Virus record (IMG/VR): IMGVR_UViG_3300050821_004020
Location: 1 to 64,000 of that record
Source: a virus
Lineage: Duplodnaviria > Caudoviricetes
Strand: one strand, 5' to 3'
Length of the DNA stretch: 64,000 nt
Under the pieces are notes generated by a model. It was given only the letters and a program-made list of their open reading frames with translations. It made no database searches and had not been told where the DNA came from. Shown here piece after piece: positions 57,462-64,000 of the stretch. Position 1 is the first letter of the stretch; each line of letters opens with the position of its first letter. The position numbers were made by a program, and so were the translations under genes.

Positions 57462-57689
57462 ATGGCATTCGCAGACAGCATTGCAAAGTTGCAAGCGGAC
57501 GTAGCAACACTTATCGCAGAGAACGGTCCCGCAGCGGTAACGGCGGCAGTAACGGCAGCCGTGGCAGCCAAGGACGCGTCAGACGCAGCGGCAGTTGACG
57601 CAGTGGACGCAACGGTAGCAGCAGCTCTGCCGGCAGCACCAGCCCCGGCGGCTCCAGCAGCACCGGCCCCAGCAACACCAGCGGCGTAA
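57462..57689 (+). CDS. Ala/Pro-rich small protein
   Basis: GGAGGT RBS; low complexity. Confidence 0.65.
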   Translation: MAFADSIAKLQADVATLIAENGPAAVTAAVTAAVAAKDASDAAAVDAVDATVAAALPAAPAPAAPAAPAPATPAA

Positions 57690-57744
57690 GGTTTTTCTAG
57701 AATACCCGGAGATCCGTGGCGGGTTATCCACGGTCAAAGTTTAT

Positions 57745-57819
57745 ATGAGAGTCGTCTAGAGGCTAGGACGGCGGACTCCAAACCCGCCTACGGTGGTTCG
57801 ACTCCATCCTCTCATGCCA
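57745..57819 (+). tRNA. trnW: tRNA-Trp(CCA)
   Basis: CT-CCA-AA loop, G discriminator, CCA. Confidence 0.85.
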
Positions 57820-57921
57820 ATTTAGTGGGGGGCTTATGAAGACTCATAAGTTTTTCACAGCGGTTCTGTATTTTGGTTTGACGATGATGTTGCTCGTGAG
57901 CCGGTATAAGCGATTTAAATT

Positions 57922-58218
57922 ATGACACTACCCTCTTGGTTGAGCTGGCTGACCGACAATTCCTGGATGAACAATCCAGACGTGCTTGCGCAGTTCGGTC
58001 ATGCGGGGATCCCTTATGGCGCCCTGTTGACGATGGATAAGTTTCATTCGCATTTGTTTTACCCAATCGGTCTAGGCGTAATAGCGTACGCCGCAGTTAA
58101 AGAATTTTGGTATGACGCGAACTATGAAACGCCCAAGCAGAGCTTCAAGGACAATATGACGGATTTCAGTTTTTATTGCCTTGGAGTCGGCCTGGCGTTC
58201 CTAGTTCACAATCTCTAA
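57922..58218 (+). CDS. Small membrane protein
   Basis: Hydrophobic segments; H..H.G...KE.W.D...D pattern. Confidence 0.55.
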   Translation: MTLPSWLSWLTDNSWMNNPDVLAQFGHAGIPYGALLTMDKFHSHLFYPIGLGVIAYAAVKEFWYDANYETPKQSFKDNMTDFSFYCLGVGLAFLVHNL

Positions 58219-58226
58219 GTTTCAGT

Positions 58227-58301
58227 GGATCTATCTTTCAATGGATAGGAAGTCCGCCTTCTAAGCGGATAATCCAGGTTCGAGTCCTGGTGGGTCTACC
58301 A
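58227..58301 (+). tRNA. trnR: tRNA-Arg(TCT)
   Basis: TCCGC-CTTCTAA-GCGGA, CCA. Confidence 0.88.
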
Positions 58302-58305
58302 ATTT

Positions 58306-58381
58306 GGCTCTGTCGTTCAAATGGACAGGACGCGAATTTCCTAAATTCGTCATCGCGGTTCGACTCCGCGTGGGGCCTCCA
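58306..58381 (+). tRNA. trnR: tRNA-Arg(CCT)
   Basis: CGAAT-TTCCTAA-ATTCG, CCA. Confidence 0.85.
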
Positions 58382-58469
58382 GTTCTAGCTTAACGCCGAG
58401 TAGGGGACCAATTGGGCGGCGCGTGACTTGCATGGTGCTCTACCACAGAGTGCAAGTGGGTTCAGCCCG

Positions 58470-58811
58470 ATGCACATTCGTGTTCCGCGTTGGCAGTTGT
58501 TGGCTATTCCTTCGTTGGCGTTCGCAGTGGGCTTCACGATGAACGCGTTCGTTATGGCCATGAATAACGGTCAGATGCCTGTGTTGTTCCCGGGCGGAGA
58601 CCAGTCTGGGTATACTCAAGACACCATTCATTGCGCGATGACGATGGCAACGCACTTTAGATTTCTCGCGGATTGGATCAACATTCGCGGAGTTGGTATC
58701 GCCAGTCCCGGCGATTTCTTGGAGTGGTTCTCGGATCAAACAACTTGGCCTGGAATTTGGGCTTGGTTCGCGCTGATAGTCAATGACCACATCAAAAAGG
58801 AAAGGCAATGA
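58470..58811 (+). CDS. DUF5317-like membrane protein
   Basis: G..MN.FV.A.N.GQMPV...FLADWI......SPGD. Confidence 0.65.
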   Translation: MHIRVPRWQLLAIPSLAFAVGFTMNAFVMAMNNGQMPVLFPGGDQSGYTQDTIHCAMTMATHFRFLADWINIRGVGIASPGDFLEWFSDQTTWPGIWAWFALIVNDHIKKERQ

Positions 58812-59248
58812 AAGGTGTAATTTTAGCTGGACTGCTCGCCTTGGTTATGGTAGGCTGTAACATCGTTACGAAGTCAAACGACTACGGCGTATACAATATT
58901 GGGGTTTGTGGTGATGAAGCATTCATGGCGTCGAACGTAGACGTTGAAAAGGACACCTTCACCATTCTCGCGTCAGAGATGGCGCCAGGTCAAGCAAAGG
59001 CGCAAAGCAATAAGCCGATAGTATTTAAGTTTTCCAAGGTCGTAGACGGTAAGCGCGTTTACATTCTGGTCATAAATGGCCATGAAGACGAGATCGCGGT
59101 AACCGCGCAGAACGGCGTAGTATCAGGAACGTTCTCCGTGAACAATAAAGAGCTGGCGGTCATTCATGGCGCCAAGGGTTCTTTGGATAAGATTGATGAA
59201 GTTGGTCAAGCAGAGGCGCAGTCTTGCTACGACCGAAACAATAGGTAA
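58808..59248 (+). CDS. Putative lipoprotein
   Basis: MK..ILAGLLALVMVGC lipobox. Confidence 0.65.
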   Translation: MKGVILAGLLALVMVGCNIVTKSNDYGVYNIGVCGDEAFMASNVDVEKDTFTILASEMAPGQAKAQSNKPIVFKFSKVVDGKRVYILVINGHEDEIAVTAQNGVVSGTFSVNNKELAVIHGAKGSLDKIDEVGQAEAQSCYDRNNR

Positions 59249-59252
59249 GGAT

Positions 59253-59532
59253 TTAGGTGGACTGGATCATCGCGGGCGCAAGCCTGAGGAACTTCAGGAC
59301 ATCACTATACACAGCACCGTGGAAGTTGCGGGCCGGGTAACCGGACGGGTAAGGCCATCTTGCGGAGAATAGCCAGTCTAATCTACGCACATTCAAGGGT
59401 GGGCACTCCATGCTGGATGCAATCTCAAATAGGGCTGGAGCGCGTATAGCGTTATGATAGCCGGGTTGAGAGCTTAGACGGATGATGGTCGGGTCGCAAG
59501 GCTTACTAAATCCTGGGTATAGGTTCACCTAA
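59253..59532 (+). ncRNA. rnpB: RNase P RNA (compact, type-A-like)
   Basis: P1 TTAGGTGGAC/GTTCACCTAA, P2 GATCATC/GATGGTC, P3 with GCAA loop, GAGGAACTTCAGGAC (CR-I), P4 CAGGA/TCCTG, P15 TCTCAA/TTGAGA, TTAGACGGAT, ACTAAATCCTGGGTATA (CR-V). Confidence 0.82.
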
Positions 59533-59541
59533 TAATTTTAA

Positions 59542-59627
59542 GGAACGGTGCCGAAACGGTAGCCGGACTGGTTTGCTAAACCAGCGAGTGAAAGCTCGTG
59601 GAGGTTCGAATCCTCCTCGTTCCGCCA
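59542..59627 (+). tRNA. trnS: tRNA-Ser(GCT)
   Basis: CTGGT-TTGCTAA-ACCAG, variable arm, G discriminator, CCA. Confidence 0.9.
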
Positions 59628-59688
59628 TTTGAATTTACGGGAACCCCGAGATAGCTACCCGGGGCCGTGAACCCGGTTGCAAACGGGC

Positions 59689-59766
59689 GACGATGTAGCT
59701 CAGTGGCAGAGCACAACCACTTAAGTGTGATTGAGGCCGTCGGTTCGAATCCGACTATCGTCTACA
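59689..59766 (+). ncRNA. tRNA-like RNA with aberrant 20-nt anticodon arm, no CCA
   Basis: GACGATG/TATCGTC acceptor, canonical D and T arms, CAACCACTTAAGTGTGATTG arm. Confidence 0.6.
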
Positions 59767-59772
59767 AATTTT

Positions 59773-59859
59773 GGATTAATGCGGTCCATGGGGGCCAGCG
59801 GTCTTGAAAACCGTGCCGGGTGTAAGCCCGAGTGGGTTCGATTCCTACTTAATCCGCCA
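59773..59859 (+). tRNA. trnS: tRNA-Ser(TGA)
   Basis: GCGGT-CTTGAAA-ACCGT, variable arm, CCA. Confidence 0.88.
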
Positions 59860-59901
59860 GCCGGTCTCTTACGGGTAAAGCCGGGAGCCGGCGCCAAGTT
59901 T

Positions 59902-59977
59902 CTCTGAGTGGCCAAGTGTTAAAGGCAGAGATCTGCAAAATCTCAAATCGTGGGTTAAAATCCCACCTCGGAGTCCA
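59902..59977 (+). tRNA. trnC: tRNA-Cys(GCA)
   Basis: GAGAT-CTGCAAA-ATCTC, T discriminator, CCA. Confidence 0.88.
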
Positions 59978-59978
59978 T

Positions 59979-60054
59979 TGAGATGTCGTCCAACCCGGCA
60001 GGACAACGGTCTTTGAAACCGTGAATTCTGGTTCGAATCCAGACGCCTCATCCA
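59979..60054 (+). tRNA. trnQ: tRNA-Gln(TTG)
   Basis: ACGGT-CTTTGAA-ACCGT, CCA. Confidence 0.88.
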
Positions 60055-60061
60055 AATTTAT

Positions 60062-60136
60062 TGCGATGTCATTCAATCGGTAGGATGACGCTCTCTGAAA
60101 GCGTTCATAGTGGTTCGAGTCCACTCGCCGCAACCA
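60062..60136 (+). tRNA. trnQ: tRNA-Gln(CTG)
   Basis: ACGCT-CTCTGAA-AGCGT, CCA. Confidence 0.88.
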
Positions 60137-60143
60137 ATTTAAT

Positions 60144-60222
60144 CGGAAAATAGGGGAGCCTGGCTTATCCCGCTCGCTTTGGAAGCGAGAGCACGTTGGT
60201 TCGAATCCAACTTTTCCGACCA
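60144..60222 (+). tRNA. trnP: tRNA-Pro(TGG)
   Basis: CGG start, CTCGC-TTTGGAA-GCGAG, CCA. Confidence 0.88.
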
Positions 60223-60223
60223 T

Positions 60224-60302
60224 CGAGAAATAGGAGAGTCTGGCTTATTCCGCCCGGTTCGGAACCGGGAGCACGTTGGTTCAAATCCAACTTTCTCGAC
60301 CA
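60224..60302 (+). tRNA. trnP: tRNA-Pro(CGG)
   Basis: CCCGG-TTCGGAA-CCGGG, CCA; tandem paralog of the preceding tRNA. Confidence 0.88.
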
Positions 60303-60319
60303 TTCTTGAACGCAGTACC

Positions 60320-60355
60320 GCCCCACCGGCGTATGTCTGGTGGGGCTTTCTTTTT
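60320..60355 (+). terminator. Rho-independent terminator ending the tRNA cluster
   Basis: GCCCCACCGG/CTGGTGGGGC stem followed by TTTCTTTTT. Confidence 0.75.
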
Positions 60356-60370
60356 AGGAGCAACAAGAAC

Positions 60371-60763
60371 ATGGCAACTCCAACAGCTTTGATTCAGCAG
60401 AAGACTGGCGCAGTTGTGGCCGGCGCATCCGTCCCGCAAGCCTGGCCAAACGCGTCCACTAACGCGCAGAATTTAGATTTGATTCAGATTATAGATATCG
60501 GCGGCAGCATCGTGCTCAACGTTGATTATCTTGGCACAGTACATAATCCGGCGGTCAATCCAACTACGAGCGGAGGCGGCGGTACAGGTCAAGTCCGCAT
60601 CGCTCAGTATCTCACTAGGTTAGCATCAGGCTCAACTACAGCAGCCTTCTTTGCAGACGCATTTGAAAATCTCGCCCAGCTCGATATTCTTCAAGTAATA
60701 TCCCCTACCGGTGGTAACGTAACTTATTCCCTCAATTATTTAGGTGTGGCTAGCGGCTCATAA
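60371..60763 (+). CDS. Hypothetical protein with internal duplication
   Basis: AGGAG RBS; two QLDI/LIQI..GG.V...V/L.YLG repeats. Confidence 0.65.
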   Translation: MATPTALIQQKTGAVVAGASVPQAWPNASTNAQNLDLIQIIDIGGSIVLNVDYLGTVHNPAVNPTTSGGGGTGQVRIAQYLTRLASGSTTAAFFADAFENLAQLDILQVISPTGGNVTYSLNYLGVASGS

Positions 60764-60934
60764 GCTGCGAATAGCTTTTAGCGCGTACATCCCCGCGCAG
60801 TTGTGGGTTTGTCCATGGCGTTCTTGTTCAAAGCGTATCGATGGTGCCCAATCTGTAGAACATGGTTGGAGAAAACGGACCCCATATCAGAAGTTATTTG
60901 CCCTAAATGTAAATGGGTTTGGAAATGAGGATTC

Positions 60935-61633
60935 ATGAGTCAAGCAGAGCGAGAAGCTGCTCGTCAAGAGAACGCTAGCAAAAGTATTCTAGAACGTATT
61001 GCTGCGCTTGAGGCAGTTAATAATTCTCGCCGTGGACCGGAAGGCCCCAGAGGGCCGCAAGGCTTGTCAGGAAGAGACTCTGTTATTCCAGGACCTCCAG
61101 GTCCGGCAGGCCCGCAGGGAAATCCGGGGCGTGACGGAGTAGACGGAAAAGACTCAATTGTTCCAGGACCAGCAGGCCGCGATGGTGTAGACGGAAAAGA
61201 TTCAGTTGTTCCCGGGCCAGCGGGTCCGCAAGGTCCGCAGGGAAATGATTCAACTATCCCAGGGCCGGCAGGTCGTGACGGGATAGACGGAAAAGATTCG
61301 AGTATTCCAGGACCGGCAGGTCCGCAAGGTTCGCCAGGTGATCCGGGGGCAGCTGGACGCGACGGAAAGGATTCTACCGTTCCAGGTCCTGCGGGACGAG
61401 ACGGAAAGGACGGGAAAGATTCTATTGTTCCGGGACCGCAAGGGCTACAAGGAATTCCGGGACGTGACGGAAAGGACGGAAAAGATTCTACTGTCCCAGG
61501 GCCAGCAGGCCCAGCGGGCCCAGCCGGCGCTCCCGGCCAGGACGCGGACGTAACGGCTCTCATGGGCCAGATGGAGATTGTTCTAAGAAGACTTTGGAAG
61601 GCGGATATTCAAGCAGCCCTCAGAGCTAAGTAG
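60935..61633 (+). CDS. Collagen-like protein (putative fiber/decoration)
   Basis: Long uninterrupted Gly-X-Y run with GRDGxDGKDSxVPGPAG units. Confidence 0.9.
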   Translation: MSQAEREAARQENASKSILERIAALEAVNNSRRGPEGPRGPQGLSGRDSVIPGPPGPAGPQGNPGRDGVDGKDSIVPGPAGRDGVDGKDSVVPGPAGPQGPQGNDSTIPGPAGRDGIDGKDSSIPGPAGPQGSPGDPGAAGRDGKDSTVPGPAGRDGKDGKDSIVPGPQGLQGIPGRDGKDGKDSTVPGPAGPAGPAGAPGQDADVTALMGQMEIVLRRLWKADIQAALRAK

Positions 61634-61639
61634 GGATAG

Positions 61640-63268
61640 ATGTCAAAGACTCTTAACAGTTCTGCTCCGACGACAGCGGAACTCGTTGGGGGTGTTTACA
61701 ACGCCGGGGCCGTTGCTCCGGTTGATGGACAGGCTCTTCCGCTTCAGCTGGACAGCGCAGGAAATTTAAAAGTTAACATCATCACCGGTGGCGGTGGGGG
61801 CTCGTCCAATATTAATATTGCGAACGTAGCCGGCTCCCCTCCTGCGATCACGAACCCGCTCCCAGTCGAGCTATCAGACGGCACCAACCCGCTTGGCACT
61901 ATTACCAATCCGCTTTATGCCAGCTTTAGCGGTTCAGCGGGTAACGCGGCTGCCGGACCAACAGGTTCAGCGGTTCCTAATTCCGCAGACTATCTTGGAT
62001 TCAACGTAGCCGGCAATTTGGTCGGGGTTAGTTCAGTTAACGCTCTTCCAGTAACCGGAACCATAACAGCGGTTACGAGCATCACGAATCCCGTAGCTGT
62101 CACTGGAACATTCTTCCAGGCTACACAACCAGTTTCCGGAACAGTTTCAATTTCCGGCACGGTTGGCGTCACGCAGTCTACATCTCCGTGGGTTGTCTCG
62201 CTTACTTCAACCACGATTACCGGGACCGTAGCAGTTACTCAGTCCACGTCTCCCTGGGTTGTATCTAACTCCGGAACGTTTGCCGTTCAAGCTTCTATCA
62301 CGACCCTTGGACAGCAATTGGCGGCAGCGTCTGTCCCAGTTGTACTGACGGCAGCTCAGCTTTCAACGCTGACACCTCTTTCAACGGTTGCTGTAACCCA
62401 GTCTACCAGTCCTTGGGTTGTCTCGCTAACGTCTACGACGATTACCGGTGAAGTCACGGTCAATCTCAACCAGGTTGGCGGTGTGGCATTTGCTCTTGGC
62501 CAGCAGTTAGCGGCGTCCAGTTTGCCAGTGGTTCTAACGGCGTCTCAGTTATCAACGCTAACCCCGCTGACCTCTGTTGCTGTTACCAATACGGGAACAT
62601 TCGCGGTTCAAGCGTCTATTTCGACTCTCGGCCAACAGCTGGCCGCAGCATCCGTACCGGTTGTTCTGACAGCGGCTCAGCTATCAACACTGACCCCGTT
62701 AACGACCGTTGCTGTTACGCAGTCAACGTCTCCATGGGTAGAGAATCTTAATCAAGTTGGCGGGGCTGCATTCGCCCTTGGCCAGCAGCTGGCAGCATCC
62801 AGTTTGCCGGTTGTCCTGACGGCGTCTCAGATATCAACGTTAACTCCGTTGACGTCCGTTGCAGTTACGAACGTAGGCACATTCGCGGTTCAGTCCGCGT
62901 CAACAGATAATCTTACCCAAGTGGGCGGAGCGGCATTTGCTCTTGGCCAACAATTGGCAGCAGCGTCTTTGCCGGTCGTATTGACAGCGTCTCAGCTTTC
63001 TACGTTAACTCCGTTGACGACAGTGGCGGTTACCCAGAGTACAAACCCTTGGGCGATAAGTGCAGCGTCACTGCCGCTTCCAACAGGCGCGTCAACTGAC
63101 GCAAATCTAGTTTCGGGCAACGACCTCGCTCAACAGACAATGCTAATTTTGGAGTGTATGAGACGTGCTCTTATTGCTCTAGCTTGCGAGGGCGGGCGTA
63201 ATAATCCGAGAGATTTCGATCCTACCATAGTTTCACAGGAAGAGGGCGTTGATGATTACGCCGACTAA
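61640..63268 (+). CDS. Repeat-rich putative virion fiber/surface protein
   Basis: Repeats of LGQQLAAASxPVVLTAxQLSTLTPL and VAVTQSTSPW. Confidence 0.75.
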   Translation: MSKTLNSSAPTTAELVGGVYNAGAVAPVDGQALPLQLDSAGNLKVNIITGGGGGSSNINIANVAGSPPAITNPLPVELSDGTNPLGTITNPLYASFSGSAGNAAAGPTGSAVPNSADYLGFNVAGNLVGVSSVNALPVTGTITAVTSITNPVAVTGTFFQATQPVSGTVSISGTVGVTQSTSPWVVSLTSTTITGTVAVTQSTSPWVVSNSGTFAVQASITTLGQQLAAASVPVVLTAAQLSTLTPLSTVAVTQSTSPWVVSLTSTTITGEVTVNLNQVGGVAFALGQQLAASSLPVVLTASQLSTLTPLTSVAVTNTGTFAVQASISTLGQQLAAASVPVVLTAAQLSTLTPLTTVAVTQSTSPWVENLNQVGGAAFALGQQLAASSLPVVLTASQISTLTPLTSVAVTNVGTFAVQSASTDNLTQVGGAAFALGQQLAAASLPVVLTASQLSTLTPLTTVAVTQSTNPWAISAASLPLPTGASTDANLVSGNDLAQQTMLILECMRRALIALACEGGRNNPRDFDPTIVSQEEGVDDYAD

Positions 63269-63277
63269 GGAAAAGAC

Positions 63278-63925
63278 ATGATTCTTCAAGGTAACCAAGG
63301 CCAAACCGGTAAGCAGACCGGACAGAACATTACTGTTGGAGTTGGTGAATATAGCGAAGCACTTGTTAGCGAGTTACAGCCTCGTTACTACGAAAACGCT
63401 TATCGCGGTAACTTGTTCTATGCAGTCAACATAGCTGCTCAAGCTTTGTCAGTCGCTTCTTCAACGTATACCGGACTTGTTGTTCAGAATCCAGCCGGCT
63501 CCGGAAAGAACTTAATAATTCAGGAAGTTATTTACAGCCCCACAATTGCGTTCACTGCGGTCGGAGCCGTTATTCTTGGTTGGGGTGGTACAACTTCTGC
63601 CGGTGTTCCTGTCGCTCTCACTACAGGTAACTCTTCTGGCCCCGCAGGGCTATCTGCCATCGTCGGTGCTAACTCTTCGTCCGTTGCCAAGGTGGGTGCT
63701 TCTTGCACCTGGGCAGTAAACGGTGCCGCCGCAGCCCCGACTTTTTTACGTCCGCTATTCTCAATGCAGTTCAGCGGAACAGTAGCATCAGAAACAATCG
63801 CCGTTTGTAAGGATGAAGTCGCTGGATCAGTGATCGTTCCTCCTGGCGTGCAGATTGGTATTGAGGCTATCACCACCGCCACGACAGGAATCGGCTACAT
63901 TTCGTGGATTGAATTGCCGCTCTAA
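63278..63925 (+). CDS. Hypothetical beta-rich putative structural protein
   Basis: AAGGA RBS; contiguous with the fiber-like genes. Confidence 0.65.
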   Translation: MILQGNQGQTGKQTGQNITVGVGEYSEALVSELQPRYYENAYRGNLFYAVNIAAQALSVASSTYTGLVVQNPAGSGKNLIIQEVIYSPTIAFTAVGAVILGWGGTTSAGVPVALTTGNSSGPAGLSAIVGANSSSVAKVGASCTWAVNGAAAAPTFLRPLFSMQFSGTVASETIAVCKDEVAGSVIVPPGVQIGIEAITTATTGIGYISWIELPL

Positions 63926-63960
63926 ATTTCTTAAGTAATACAATCTAATAGGAGAAAACA

Positions 63961-64000
63961 ATGGATATTCAAAAAATCTTCGCGGAGATCGGTCGTCTGC
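63961..64000 (+). CDS. Partial CDS at window end
   Basis: AGGAG RBS, ATG GAT ATT, truncated. Confidence 0.5.
   Translation, partial: MDIQKIFAEIGRL

Noticed and set aside
58412-58470. Hairpin ACTTGCA/TGCAAGT upstream of the DUF5317-like gene as a suppressor tRNA
   Set aside because: No T arm, D arm or CCA; at most a leader hairpin
52161-60372. Many ORF-track ORFs overlapping tRNAs (e.g. 52626-53670, 54329-54753, 59721-60372)
   Set aside because: Translations of tRNA genes or their antisense strands; not protein-like
49400-60400. CRISPR array
   Set aside because: No regularly spaced direct repeats with unique spacers and no cas genes; the repeated CCA/TTCGA strings are tRNAs
60964-61563. 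Antisense collagen-like ORF
   Set aside because: Mirror artefact of the Gly-Pro codon repeats on the plus strand

Overview
This 64 kb window is part of a large tailed dsDNA bacteriophage genome; no capsid, portal or terminase genes fall inside it. The Ig/FN3-type secreted proteins weakly suggest a soil or peat host such as Acidobacteria, which is inference only. From 1 to about 49.4 kb the genes are on the minus strand. They include many small early or accessory ORFs behind sigma70-type promoters, a tyrosine recombinase, two AAA+ ATPases, an SPFH protein, a PTH2-like peptidyl-tRNA hydrolase, a Mom-like DNA-modifying enzyme, a GH108 endolysin and a TerD-domain protein. A recombination/replication block follows: PD-(D/E)xK nuclease, UvrD helicase, SSAP, family-A DNA polymerase, MazG, prim-pol, SSB-like protein, GroES, DnaQ, HD hydrolase, dNMP kinase and endonuclease VII. 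A repeat-rich non-coding divergence zone at about 49.4-50.9 kb is a candidate origin or terminus. The plus strand then carries about 34 tRNAs covering all 20 amino acids, interspersed HNH genes and several non-standard RNAs, followed by collagen-like and repeat-rich putative virion proteins. Highlights: (1) a compact RNase P RNA (rnpB-like) inside the tRNA cluster; (2) a tRNA-Gly-like cloverleaf embedded in the 5' end of the mom-like gene, whose start is masked by a hairpin; (3) a tandem, covarying structured RNA motif in the leader of the TerD-domain gene; (4) atypical tRNAs, including a long-arm Ile(UAU) and one with a 46-nt anticodon insertion; (5) a LuxR-HTH/membrane/FN3 fusion protein; (6) a TGATGACA iteron-like cluster. 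All family calls come from motif recognition by eye; no database searches or folding programs were run.
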